A DNA stretch of 64,000 nucleotides from Flavobacteriales bacterium (GCA_024643755.1 JAHEMG010000002.1:5834-69833); one strand, 5' to 3'; positions 1 to 9,179 are shown, counted from the stretch's first letter. A program made the numbers and translations. The notes: generated by a model from the letters alone, not told the origin.

Positions 1-71
1 AGTTTGATGCGTTTCAGATTAAATAAAAATCCCCGCCAAATTGCCGTGAAGCAAACATCGGAGGGGAGTAG

Positions 72-153
72 TGCACGCGGAGGGACTCGAACCCACACAC
101 CTTACGGCGCCAGATCCTAAGTCTGGTGCGGCTACCAATTACGCCACGCGTGC
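72..153 (-). tRNA. tRNA-Leu (anticodon UAG), class II with long variable arm
   Basis: Minus-strand read: GCACGCG-TG-GCGTAATTGGTAGCCGC-A-CCAGA-CTTAGGA-TCTGG-13-nt variable arm-GTGGG-TTCGAGT-CCCTC-CGCGTGC-A. It has a perfect 7-bp acceptor stem, a 5-bp anticodon stem, T33, anticodon TAG and a TTCGAGT T-loop. There is one T-T mismatch in the T stem. CCA is not encoded. Confidence 0.9.
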
Positions 154-177
154 AGAAAGGACCTTAAAAAAGGACTG

Positions 178-185
178 CAAAGGTA
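178..185 (-). promoter_or_regulatory. Bacteroidota sigma-A -7 box (TACCTTTG on minus strand) for tRNA-Leu
   Basis: Plus-strand CAAAGGTA is minus-strand TAccTTTG, matching the TAnnTTTG consensus, about 25 nt upstream of the tRNA 5' end. Confidence 0.55.
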
Positions 186-203
186 AGGATTAATCACATC
201 TTA

Positions 204-2492
204 TCAAAACAAGACTGTGGTATATGTATAAGATTTCTTGTTTTTCAGGGTGATGGTGATTTTTATTTCGTCTCCGGCCGACCACTGCGTCATACCCAGT
301 GGGGTAATCGCCAAGGTGGGAAGTCCCAACCCATTGCCCGGCTGAACAGATACATTGCTTTCAATGTTGCCGTGTTTTTTCGAAACGATGCTCACAGTGG
401 CCTCATCCAAAGGCTGCAATATTGAAAAACTCCATCGCTCAAATACCAACATCGCAGGCGTTGCCCCAGCTGCAGGCCAAGCCACAAAATGCTCGCGGTA
501 ATACTGCGTGTCAACCGGCATGATGTTTTTGTCAGCCAACCAAAAAACCGTATTGTTTTCAGCGCATCCAAATCCATAATTGATCATCCCGGGATGGGTG
601 AGTAAGCGACGGTTATACAATTCTTCACTCTTTGTGTCGCTCATCAACACCGTGGTGCTCTGCGCGGGGTTTGATTCCAAAACAACCGTGCCATACATGG
701 CTGCATCCGCTGCCGCCGCTGTGTAACATTTGTGCGTTTCTGGCTTGGGCTCTCTGCTGAATACACCAATGGGGGCATACATCGTAGCCGCCTGCATACT
801 CGCAATGTGCTTGTCTTGATCGAACTGAATCCCTTGGGTTACCCCTGAATTCTGACGGAAATAGTTGATTCTCTGGGTGATTTTCTGCAATGTGCTATCG
901 GGCAATGTACCCACGGTGCAGGTTTTGCTGTTGCCCGTCCATCCCGTTTGAGCCAATTTCTTGCCTTTTACTGTGGCATAACCAATTTTGCTGCCTTTGT
1001 ATCGCACATCGAAATCTGCTTTGGCCAAACGCACTTGCAAAGCGCCCAATCCCACAAACTTGGGATTTTCCTTTTGTAGGCGATAAAAACAGCCCCAGGC
1101 AGGTTCCATCAACCCTTGTTTGGTCAACGAATCAGCCGCCCGTAACAACAAAGTCTGCTGGAATGGCTTCAAGGTGGTATTTTTCGGGAAATCCTTGATC
1201 ACAGAATCGCTGAGCGATATAATTCTTGCCCAATCGTAGTAAGCGATTTTTTGCTTTGTCCAAGTGTTGAAAGTATTCAATCTCGACTTTTTCAAGTTTA
1301 TGTTTTTTGGGTAGCGATTGGCGCCATGGTCCATCAGCATTGAGATCAAGCGATGACTTACTGCCGCCGGCGGGTTGTTCAACAACACTTCCAATTTCTT
1401 TTCATCGATGGGAGTGGTTTTGAATTGAATGGGATACCATTTGTAGAAAAAGAACACCGTGCCGCCCTTGGCATTGTTGCCCAAATAGTACTCCAAACAT
1501 TGGTTGATGAACGCAAAAGAATCTTTGATCAAAAACGGATCCGTGCTGTTCTTTGATTTTCTATCAAGAAGGTCCACCTTGCGATTGTAGAAGTCAATGA
1601 ATACAGATTCTGTCTCTGCCCAATCATCGTTTTGCGCCAGATAGCCCATGCGATTCAAATAATAATTGTTTTGCTCGTGCAGATAAAAGGTATCGCTAGG
1701 AAAGAAGAACAACGCTTTGGTCAGCAACTGATTGTACATTTGGCTGTAGCCAGTATTCGATCGGGTAGTCGCCAAGTCTTCGTCGATCATGGTGCGTTCC
1801 CACTGCAGTAATTTTTGGTTTAATGGAAATACCGAAAGTCCCATCTCGCAGTAAATCAGCGCACTGTCTTTGAGTTTGCGTTCGTTCAAATAATAGTCGG
1901 TGAGCACCTCAAACGCCTCGCGCACATAGGTCTTTTTGTGCTTGCCTTCGGCGTTGGCCAAATAGTTCATGTTGGCCACTTTTGTCATGGTTTTAACCGC
2001 ATCCAGATTTTGCTTCAACAACCAATAGCAATGTCCAGCCATGCCCAGGGCGATGGTGTCGCCGGTGAGTTCATAGCTATTTTTGTACATCTGCAGCGCG
2101 CGGGGATAACGGCCTTGACCATAATTGCTGATGGCTTCTTTGTTGTTGGCTACCACCAATGCCGAAAATCGCTCGCCATATTGCTTGTAGTAACGACCGT
2201 CATCGTCGTACGCCTTCGCTTTCACGGCACTTTTCATCGCCTCCTTGAAATAGTCTACATCGCCCTTGCGATATTTCTCAAGTTGGTACATTTCATACTC
2301 GGAAATGGCTTTGATATACCATAATTCGGCCTGGGTTTTGTCTTCCTCCAGTCCTTTGGAACTCATTTTTTGTGCCTCCACATATTTGGCGGCGTTGAAA
2401 TACTCTCGTGATTTTAGTACCGATTTGGTTTGTGCTTGCGCATAGCCAATGAAAATGACGGACAGTGATAGGATGAAGTGGCGGATATTCAT
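204..2492 (-). CDS. secreted hypothetical protein with N-terminal helical-repeat (TPR-like) region
   Basis: Uninterrupted 762-aa ORF with signal peptide MNIRHFILSLSVIFIGYAQAQ. The first ~250 aa are K/E/Y-rich helical repeats and the C-terminal ~100 aa look beta-rich. I can assign no catalytic motif. Confidence 0.6.
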   Translation of the reverse strand: MNIRHFILSLSVIFIGYAQAQTKSVLKSREYFNAAKYVEAQKMSSKGLEEDKTQAELWYIKAISEYEMYQLEKYRKGDVDYFKEAMKSAVKAKAYDDDGRYYKQYGERFSALVVANNKEAISNYGQGRYPRALQMYKNSYELTGDTIALGMAGHCYWLLKQNLDAVKTMTKVANMNYLANAEGKHKKTYVREAFEVLTDYYLNERKLKDSALIYCEMGLSVFPLNQKLLQWERTMIDEDLATTRSNTGYSQMYNQLLTKALFFFPSDTFYLHEQNNYYLNRMGYLAQNDDWAETESVFIDFYNRKVDLLDRKSKNSTDPFLIKDSFAFINQCLEYYLGNNAKGGTVFFFYKWYPIQFKTTPIDEKKLEVLLNNPPAAVSHRLISMLMDHGANRYPKNINLKKSRLNTFNTWTKQKIAYYDWARIISLSDSVIKDFPKNTTLKPFQQTLLLRAADSLTKQGLMEPAWGCFYRLQKENPKFVGLGALQVRLAKADFDVRYKGSKIGYATVKGKKLAQTGWTGNSKTCTVGTLPDSTLQKITQRINYFRQNSGVTQGIQFDQDKHIASMQAATMYAPIGVFSREPKPETHKCYTAAAADAAMYGTVVLESNPAQSTTVLMSDTKSEELYNRRLLTHPGMINYGFGCAENNTVFWLADKNIMPVDTQYYREHFVAWPAAGATPAMLVFERWSFSILQPLDEATVSIVSKKHGNIESNVSVQPGNGLGLPTLAITPLGMTQWSAGDEIKITITLKNKKSYTYTTVLF

Positions 2493-2579
2493 GGTGTTAC
2501 AAAGACCTAGTACAAATAAAAGAATTACCCGCCATAATATTACATAGCGTTGGTAATCGGTGTAAAAAATGCAAAAAGC

Positions 2580-3632
2580 TTATCGAATTAGGGTGATATC
2601 TGTCTTGTGGACCTGACGAAAACCGTTGTTTCCCATCAGTTCAATCAAGCAAACATAAACGCCTTCGGGAGCTTCCTTCGATAGGTAATACCCGTCCCAA
2701 CTGCCATTGAGGTCTGTGGTTTCAAAGACTTTTTCTCCCCAACGGTTGTAAATGCGCATTTCCATCGCCACAAATCCTTCCAAATAAGGACGGTATACAT
2801 CGTTCGGCGACGCTCCATTCGGGGTGAACGCATTGGGTATAAGGACGATGGGCGGACAGCTATCGATCAAGTTAACTTCGTCGTAGGCACTGCAACCATC
2901 AGCTGAAGTTACGGTTGCGCGGTATGTGCCAGCGGTGGTGGCCAAAATGGTTTGCGATGTGGCGTTGGTGGGGGTCCATTGGTACGTGTATCCAGCCCCA
3001 TATCCCGCATCCAATCCCACAGCCGTGTTTCTGCAAACAAACCGATCTTTTCCCAAGTTAACCACGGGGATTTCGCCCAGTTTGAGGGTAATTGTTTTGC
3101 TGGTGACTGCACATTTGCTGTAAACCTTTACGCTATAAGTTCCGGCTTTTTGAATGGGCAATGTGCGGTTGTTGGTGTCAATAGCACTCAAATCTACATC
3201 CATACTGGTCCAATGGTAATTCCATCCCCGGTGATTGTTTCCTGCATTCAAGGTGAGGTTGATGGCGGGGTTACACAAGCTACTGTCTTTCATGGGTATG
3301 GGCTCGGGCGCTGCCCAAATGACCAACACGTATACCGATTTGGTGGAAGTAGTGCCGTTGCTAAATGTGGATGTGCATTCGGTTATGTACAAGCCCGTAT
3401 CGGGGTAGTTGATGTTTTGCGGTTCTCGATCGGTTGAGGTAGCGGGCAATCCCCCTTGAAACTTCCAAGCCCATGCCACAGAAGGCAAGCTACCTGGATC
3501 GTTGAATTCCTTGTAATTGACGCTGCTTCCTTTACAGATAATCAAGGACGGTGTTTGGGCAAAAACCGCCTGTTGGGTTCCCAATCCGATGAGCATGCAG
3601 AGGAATATGGCCCAGGACTTCATTTCGCCCAC
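2580..3632 (-). CDS. T9SS type-B C-terminal-domain (gliding motility-associated CTD) secreted protein
   Basis: Signal peptide MGEMKSWAIFLCMLIGLGTQQAVFAQ. The C-terminal ~90 aa (IPNAFTPNGASPNDVYRPY...YNRWGEKVF...WDG...EGVYVC) carry the TIGR04131/CHU_C signature. Upstream are Cys/Thr-rich Ig/PKD-like repeats. Confidence 0.75.
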   Translation of the reverse strand: MGEMKSWAIFLCMLIGLGTQQAVFAQTPSLIICKGSSVNYKEFNDPGSLPSVAWAWKFQGGLPATSTDREPQNINYPDTGLYITECTSTFSNGTTSTKSVYVLVIWAAPEPIPMKDSSLCNPAINLTLNAGNNHRGWNYHWTSMDVDLSAIDTNNRTLPIQKAGTYSVKVYSKCAVTSKTITLKLGEIPVVNLGKDRFVCRNTAVGLDAGYGAGYTYQWTPTNATSQTILATTAGTYRATVTSADGCSAYDEVNLIDSCPPIVLIPNAFTPNGASPNDVYRPYLEGFVAMEMRIYNRWGEKVFETTDLNGSWDGYYLSKEAPEGVYVCLIELMGNNGFRQVHKTDITLIR

Positions 3633-3652
3633 AAAATTACGGTTTTTTCCCT

Positions 3653-4870
3653 TTACTGGCGGCGGTTTGCAAGCAAAAGTGGCGGACCGCCATCGAAGGG
3701 GTTGTCTGATCTGCCCAAACTGTGAATTTCAAGGCCATTGGCGCGTTTTACGGCATCGTTTCCATAGCGATTTCGCAGGCGGTCCATCGCTTGGTACAAA
3801 TTGGCCATCTCTTCGCTGTCTTCAAACAGGTTCATTTGAAACCCACCACTGACCAAATCGCTGAGCCGCACCCCAATCAACCGAATCAACAACCGCCGAT
3901 TGTATAGTTTGTCGAATAGCTCCAAGGATTTCCCTATCAGTACATGGTCGGCGCTGGTGTAGGGTATCTTGGCCTGCAAGGTATGGGTATTGAAATCGCT
4001 GTATCGCACCTTGACCGTAATGCAAGCACAGAGTTTATCGCCTTTTCTGAGTTGATACGCCAAGTTCTCTGCCATCGCACTGATGATGTTGCGCAACTTT
4101 ATCACGTCAATGGTGTCTTTCTCAAATGTGCGCTCCGTGCCAATGCTTTTGCGCTCTTGATAGGGCTCTACTTTGCGATGGTCTATGCCTTGCGCCTTTT
4201 TCCATAAATCGATGCCTGGTTTTTGTAACGTTTTGAACAACAACTCCATGGGCATTTCCTGTAGCGTTTTGATGTACTGTATCCCCAACCCGCGGAGCGT
4301 TTTATACGTTTCAGTGCCCACGCCAGGGATTTTTCTCACCGATAAGGGCGCCAAAAAAGGAATCTCCTCGCCAAAATCAACCTTCCGCTGTCCGGAGGGC
4401 TTCGCCGTACCCGTAGCTACCTTGCTAACCGTCTTGTTGCTCGCCAATCCAAAACTGATCGGCAATCCGGTTTCTTTCAAAATTTTGTCCTTCAACGCCA
4501 TCGCCAACTTCCAAGACCCAAAAAACTTCTCCATGCCCGTTAAGTCAATATAGAATTCATCGATGCTGCTTTTTTCATACAATGGCACCGATTCAGCAAT
4601 GATGCTGGTAACATCCCTGGAATAATCGCTGTATAGCTGGGAATCGCCACGGATGATGGTGGCGTTCGGACAGAGTTGCTTCGCTTGTTTCATGGGCATT
4701 GCGCTGTGAATGCCGAAGGATCGTGCCTCGTAACTGCAACTTGCTACCACGCCGCGATCGCTATTGCCGCCGATGATGACCGGCTTGCCAACCAATGCAC
4801 TGTTTCGTAATCGCTCTACACTCACAAAAAATGAGTCTAAATCCATGTGGGTGATGATGGGTTGTGTCAT
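3653..4870 (-). CDS. dinB: DNA polymerase IV (Y-family)
   Basis: 405 aa. It has the MDLDSFFVSVE catalytic Asp motif, ASCSYEARSFGIHSAMP, SIDEFYIDLT, and a little-finger-length C-terminus. Confidence 0.9.
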   Translation of the reverse strand: MTQPIITHMDLDSFFVSVERLRNSALVGKPVIIGGNSDRGVVASCSYEARSFGIHSAMPMKQAKQLCPNATIIRGDSQLYSDYSRDVTSIIAESVPLYEKSSIDEFYIDLTGMEKFFGSWKLAMALKDKILKETGLPISFGLASNKTVSKVATGTAKPSGQRKVDFGEEIPFLAPLSVRKIPGVGTETYKTLRGLGIQYIKTLQEMPMELLFKTLQKPGIDLWKKAQGIDHRKVEPYQERKSIGTERTFEKDTIDVIKLRNIISAMAENLAYQLRKGDKLCACITVKVRYSDFNTHTLQAKIPYTSADHVLIGKSLELFDKLYNRRLLIRLIGVRLSDLVSGGFQMNLFEDSEEMANLYQAMDRLRNRYGNDAVKRANGLEIHSLGRSDNPFDGGPPLLLANRRQ

Positions 4871-4985
4871 TTGTTAAAAATATTGCCAATTTAATGACAA
4901 CAATTTAACCAAAATATATGATTTGTCAAGCAAAAGATTTGCGCAGGAGTCAATTGCACGCAAAAGTACCCATGCAACGAGGCCA

Positions 4986-5582
4986 TTAAAACAGGGAGAG
5001 TTGCTCGGGCAGCAATCGAAATGATCTGCGATGGTGTTCGGTGATGCCGTAATCGCGAATGGCCTGTCGGTGCGAAGCCGTAGGATACCCCGCATTGCGG
5101 TCCCATCCATACGGTGGGTGAAGCCGGTGCAGTTCTTCCATGAGCTGGTCTCGGTGTGTTTTGGCCAAAATACTGGCTGCGGCGATGTGCAAGAAACGAC
5201 CATCGCCCTTTACTTCGGTTTTGTGGGGTACAGATCCCCAGGCCTTGAAACGATTGCCATCCACGGCGATGAAATCGGGTAGGGTGCCCAAATTGTCTAA
5301 GGCGCGATGCATCGCCAAGATGCTGGCATTCAAAATATTGATCTTGTCGATTTCGGCTGGAGAGCAAACGCCTATCGCCCAGAAAAGTGCCTCCTGTTCA
5401 ATGATGGTTCGCAATGATTCACGCTGCGATTTGCCCACTTGTTTGGAATCGTTGAGCCAAGGATGCGCAAAATCTGGGGGTAAAATCACGGCTGCCGCCA
5501 CCACCGGTCCTGCCAAACAGCCTCTGCCGGCCTCGTCACAGCCCGCTTCTAATTCAAACTCGCTGGTTCTGGCTTTAAGCAT
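4986..5582 (-). CDS. rnhB: ribonuclease HII
   Basis: CDEAGRGCLAGPVVAAAV active-site motif and the downstream DSK motif. I moved the start from the track start (5615) to the internal Met at 5582 (MLKARTSEFELEAG...), which leaves an 8-nt overlap with the upstream gene. Confidence 0.9.
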   Translation of the reverse strand: MLKARTSEFELEAGCDEAGRGCLAGPVVAAAVILPPDFAHPWLNDSKQVGKSQRESLRTIIEQEALFWAIGVCSPAEIDKINILNASILAMHRALDNLGTLPDFIAVDGNRFKAWGSVPHKTEVKGDGRFLHIAAASILAKTHRDQLMEELHRLHPPYGWDRNAGYPTASHRQAIRDYGITEHHRRSFRLLPEQLSLF

Positions 5583-6402
5583 GTGAATTCTTTTGTCGGC
5601 GCAATGCCCAAGCATATTTCAATGTGGCTTCTGCCATCTGCCAATAACAAATGGTCAATCCATCCATGCCGTATTTCCAACCGCCTTTGAATAGGTAATT
5701 GCGGATGAAACGCGACGGTCCGGCTGTGACCAATTTCAACAAGAAAAACCAGTAAATGCCACCCTTGCGTTGAAAAGCGGTTTCGTCATCGTGAACTTTC
5801 CAAAATTCGCGCAGGGCAGCGCCACCAATTTTGCCAAATTTGAGGGCTTGTCGCTTGACCGCATCCACATTGGGGTAGGTGTAGTGAAGTATATCGCCAG
5901 GTATCGAACCAACCTCGTGTTGGGGACTGATTACAAATTTGTCGTGGGGATTTTTACCCGCCCAAGTGCCCGCAGTACGATCCCACAGTCGCATTTTTCT
6001 ATCTGGGTACCATCCGCAGCCTTTGATGGCTCTATCGCCCAAATGGTTGAGTCTGGCGAAAGTGTATCCTTTCGATTTGCCGTAGGTGAGGCCTTGTTGA
6101 ATGGCGTTTTTTAGGTTTTCGCGCAAGGAGGCAGACAAACACTCGTCGGCGTCCAAACTCAACACCCAATCAAATGTTGCCTGGTCTTTGGCCCAGTTTT
6201 TTTGTTGGATATGTCCCTCAAACGCATGCTGTAAAACGCGGGCTCCATGGTTTTGAGCGATGGCGGAGGTATCGTCTGTGCTGAAACTGTCAACCACCAA
6301 AACCTCATCAACCAAGTCAGACAACGAATCAATGCAACGCCCAATGTTTGCGGCTTCGTTGTAAGCGATAATGACGGCTGATATCCCCCTTGAAACATCC
6401 AC
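5575..6402 (-). CDS. glycosyltransferase family 2 (GT-A fold)
   Basis: 275 aa with VIIAYNEAANIGRCIDSL, VVDSFSTDDT and SLDADE (DXD) motifs, typical of small LPS-core type GT2 enzymes. Confidence 0.8.
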   Translation of the reverse strand: MDVSRGISAVIIAYNEAANIGRCIDSLSDLVDEVLVVDSFSTDDTSAIAQNHGARVLQHAFEGHIQQKNWAKDQATFDWVLSLDADECLSASLRENLKNAIQQGLTYGKSKGYTFARLNHLGDRAIKGCGWYPDRKMRLWDRTAGTWAGKNPHDKFVISPQHEVGSIPGDILHYTYPNVDAVKRQALKFGKIGGAALREFWKVHDDETAFQRKGGIYWFFLLKLVTAGPSRFIRNYLFKGGWKYGMDGLTICYWQMAEATLKYAWALRRQKNSHA

Positions 6403-6585
6403 GGAGGCGAAGATAAGAATTAACTCGCCTTGTTGAAGTGGTTGAGGACCACCTGTCGGCCAGATTTAGACACTTTCACAAATTCGCCATTCTGCAACAA
6501 CAGTTCCGCCAGCCCTTTTCAGTAAAAACTCGAATAGTCATAAATGAAGACCGAGTAATCAATCGTACAGTTTTGTAAAATAGTT

Positions 6586-6593
6586 TAAATTTG
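6586..6593 (+). promoter_or_regulatory. -7 box TAAATTTG
   Basis: Exact TAnnTTTG match 53 nt upstream of the ATG at 6646, in an AT-rich 243-bp intergenic region. Confidence 0.45.
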
Positions 6594-6645
6594 TTATACT
6601 TGGTCATTGGTAAATTATTGTAAAGCATAACTTAACAGACATCAT

Positions 6646-6891
6646 ATGAAAAAAAATACAATATTTAGACTTCCTTTACTTGTCGTAGTATGCGGAATAC
6701 TCATCCTTCAGTCTTGTGAAAAGCGATGTAACTGTTCAGCGAATTATGAAAGTACCCGGAAATACTTTAAAGGTGATTTGGTTACTTATGATGGAAAGTG
6801 CTGGAAAGCAGTAAACGAAGGTTTGGGTGTTACACCTGGACCATGGTTGCAAGACGGTAATGATGTTTGGAAAGAGTGTGTTGAAAATTAG
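6646..6891 (+). CDS. small lipoprotein consisting of a single CBM5/12-like carbohydrate-binding module
   Basis: 81 aa with a lipobox (ILILQSC). The mature part, YFKGDLVTYDGKCWKAVNEGLGVTPGPWLQDGNDVWKEC, fits the CBM5/12 pattern Y-x-x-GD-x-V-x-Y-x-G-x-x-(Y/W)-x-A...P...W. Confidence 0.55.
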   Translation: MKKNTIFRLPLLVVVCGILILQSCEKRCNCSANYESTRKYFKGDLVTYDGKCWKAVNEGLGVTPGPWLQDGNDVWKECVEN

Positions 6892-7001
6892 AGCGCTTTT
6901 CCATAAAACGTGCATCGTCAATATCAATTCCAAGAATCAAACTGTCAATCAATCGAATACCCAGGTTACAGTCGGGATTAATTGAGTGCGATTAGGCAAA
7001 C

Positions 7002-7030
7002 AAAAAAAAGCCCCCAATTACTTGGAGGCT
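7002..7030 (-). terminator. intrinsic terminator after tRNA(CAU)
   Basis: Hairpin AGCCCCCAA-TTAC-TTGGAGGCT (one mismatch) at 7009-7030. On the minus strand it is followed by a T-run (plus-strand A-run 7002-7008). Confidence 0.55.
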
Positions 7031-7036
7031 TTCTGG

Positions 7037-7110
7037 TGGGCCCACTTGGAATCGAACCAAGCACCTACTGATTATGAGTCAGTTGCTCTAACCGAATGAG
7101 CTATAGGCCC
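7037..7110 (-). tRNA. tRNA with CAU anticodon (elongator type; Ile2/lysidine or Met)
   Basis: Minus-strand read: GGGCCTA-TAGCTCATTCGGTTAGAGCA-ACTGA-CTCATAA-TCAGT-AGGTGC-TTGG-TTCGATT-CCAA-GTGGGCCC-A, with CCA encoded at 7034-7036. There is no GGG/CCC anticodon stem, so it is not an initiator. C4-G69 and C5-G68 in the acceptor stem resemble E. coli tRNA-Ile2. Confidence 0.9.
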
Positions 7111-7139
7111 ATACCCTATGAAAAGGATAAATAGGGGTG

Positions 7140-7147
7140 CAAATTTA
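7140..7147 (-). promoter_or_regulatory. -7 box TAAATTTG (minus strand) for tRNA(CAU)
   Basis: Plus-strand CAAATTTA is minus-strand TAaaTTTG, 30 nt upstream of the tRNA 5' end. Confidence 0.55.
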
Positions 7148-7239
7148 GTCAATTTTATATCGCTAAGCCAAGGAATTGCCAAAAATATTATTTGCTCAGT
7201 GTTGAAGAATTCCTTCCATGTCATTTGTAAATTCGCCTT

Positions 7240-8385
7240 GTGTATCCCTCCAAACTACCCGGTCAAGGTGCGTCGATTTTCACCGTGATGTCGGCACTGT
7301 CTAACCATCATAAAGCCATCAACCTCTCTCAAGGATTTCCGGAATTTAATCCCGATCCAGCATTGGTCGACTGCGTGGATCGCGCTATGAGAAATGGCCA
7401 AAATCAGTATTCGCCCATGGCAGGACAGCCCAATTTACGGGGGGTGTTGGCGGACCGACAAAATCGCTGGGGTAGGGCGTTTTCCATTGACCCAGATAAA
7501 CACATCACCATTGTGCCAGGTGCAACCGCGGGTTTGTACTCGATTTTTCAAGCGTTGGTTTTGTCTGGCGATGAAGTGATTTTGTTCGATCCTTCCTACG
7601 ATTGCTATGCGCCGTCTATTCAGTTGGCGGGTGGGGTGCCCGTGCGATTGTCCTTGAACGCAGATGGTTCCTATCCCTTTGAATCGCTCAAGCAACACAT
7701 CAACCCCAAAACAAAAATGGTGGTTGTGAACACGCCGCACAATCCCCTGGGTTTGGTGTTTGGTCAATCAGACTGGACTGCACTCAGTGAAATACTCGCC
7801 AATACAGATATTATTGTACTGAGCGATGAAGTCTATGAACACATGGTCTTCGATGCCGCGCAACACATATCGGTACTTCAAGTGCCTGCATTGGCTGATC
7901 GTGCAGTAGCGGTCTCCTCATTTGGTAAAACATTTCATGCTACCGGTTGGAAGTTGGGCTATATCACCGCCCCCGAATACCTCACCAACGAAATTCGGAA
8001 AGTGTATCAATTTCTGGCTTTTGCGGCCAATACGCCCATGCAAATCGCCGCGGCCGATTTTTTAACCAATCATCCCCTGTATGAACAGTCAGTATCGGTA
8101 TTGATGCAACAAAAGCGCAATCGATTTGCAGCCGCTCTGAAATCATCCCGTTTTCGTTTGTTGCCCTGCGAAGGTGCGTATTTTCAAATTGTTGATTACA
8201 GTGCGATTTCTGATATGCAAGACCAGGCCTTTGCGGTACATTTGATCGAAACGATAGGTGTTGCCGCGATTCCCGTAAGTGCATTTTATCAGCAGCCACC
8301 CCAAACACAACGTTGGTTGCGGTTTTGCTTTGCCAAAAACGACGATACCCTAGATAAAAGTGCCGCCTTACTATGTCAGCTCTAA
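7240..8385 (+). CDS. class I/II PLP aminotransferase (YbdL/methionine-glutamine transaminase-like)
   Basis: 381 aa with a GTG start. The N-terminus SKLPGQGASIFTVMSAL and the PLP-lysine motif SSFGKTFHATGWKLGY fit this family, as does HNPLG (NTPHNPLG). Confidence 0.85.
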   Translation: MYPSKLPGQGASIFTVMSALSNHHKAINLSQGFPEFNPDPALVDCVDRAMRNGQNQYSPMAGQPNLRGVLADRQNRWGRAFSIDPDKHITIVPGATAGLYSIFQALVLSGDEVILFDPSYDCYAPSIQLAGGVPVRLSLNADGSYPFESLKQHINPKTKMVVVNTPHNPLGLVFGQSDWTALSEILANTDIIVLSDEVYEHMVFDAAQHISVLQVPALADRAVAVSSFGKTFHATGWKLGYITAPEYLTNEIRKVYQFLAFAANTPMQIAAADFLTNHPLYEQSVSVLMQQKRNRFAAALKSSRFRLLPCEGAYFQIVDYSAISDMQDQAFAVHLIETIGVAAIPVSAFYQQPPQTQRWLRFCFAKNDDTLDKSAALLCQL

Positions 8386-9146
8386 ATATTTACTTGGTCC
8401 AAACGGCCCTGAATTGGGAAAATCCTGCCGCAAATAGGGCTAGGTTGCAGTGGCATATGGGACAAACCACATCAGGTTCACTGGTTGTGTTACCTGAAAT
8501 GTTTGGCACAGGATTCACCATGAACCCACAGCAGTGGGCAGAGCGCATGGACGGTGAAACGGTGCAATGGATGAAGGCGATGAGCGCAGATCGGATGATT
8601 TGCGGGAGCTTGGCCATCGAAGAAAACGGCGCCTTCTTCAACCGGTTTTTGGCGGTATTTCAAGGTGAAGTGGTGGCACAATACAACAAACGTCATTTGT
8701 TTTCCTTCGCAGGTGAGCAATCAGTATACACGTCGGGCGATGCCACTTGTGTCTTTGAATTTCAGGGGTGGAAAATAGCACCGTTCATCTGTTATGATTT
8801 GCGGTTTCCTGCTTGGATACGTCGAACAATGCTCGAAGATCGCCATGAAATTCCTCACTGTGTATTGTTCGTTGCCAACTGGCCATCAGCGCGAATTCCA
8901 GCTTGGGATGCATTGCTAAAAGCGAGAGCCATCGAGAATCAATCGTATGTGGTGGGGGTTAATCGAATCGGGAACGATGGCAAAGGCATCGCCCACAACG
9001 GCCATTCTCAAGTCTTGCGATTTGATGGTGACCATATGATGCAACCCCATGAACGGGAGGGTATTGCCCACGTTGTTTTAGAAAAAGGTCCCCTGCAGCA
9101 GTTTCGATTGAAATATCCATTTTTGGACGATGCCGATGGATTCTGA
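8373..9146 (+). CDS. carbon-nitrogen hydrolase (omega-amidase, YafV-like)
   Basis: Nitrilase-superfamily E-K-C triad contexts: VLPEMF, YNKRHLF, PFICYDLRFP. It overlaps the aminotransferase by 13 nt. Confidence 0.85.
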   Translation: MSALNIYLVQTALNWENPAANRARLQWHMGQTTSGSLVVLPEMFGTGFTMNPQQWAERMDGETVQWMKAMSADRMICGSLAIEENGAFFNRFLAVFQGEVVAQYNKRHLFSFAGEQSVYTSGDATCVFEFQGWKIAPFICYDLRFPAWIRRTMLEDRHEIPHCVLFVANWPSARIPAWDALLKARAIENQSYVVGVNRIGNDGKGIAHNGHSQVLRFDGDHMMQPHEREGIAHVVLEKGPLQQFRLKYPFLDDADGF

Positions 9147-9179
9147 CAATAATTTAACGTAAGACTTCGTTAACTGTGG

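Noticed and set aside
72-153. Possible tRNA pseudogene because of a U-U mismatch in the T stem of tRNA-Leu
   Set aside because: The acceptor, D, anticodon and variable arms and the T-loop are all canonical, and a promoter box precedes it. A single internal mismatch is tolerable.
4874-5367. 109-aa and 158-aa minus-strand ORFs overlapping rnhB in other frames
   Set aside because: The rnhB frame carries the catalytic DEAGRG motif. The alternative frames are Arg/Pro/Ser-rich, with no motifs and no room for a separate promoter.
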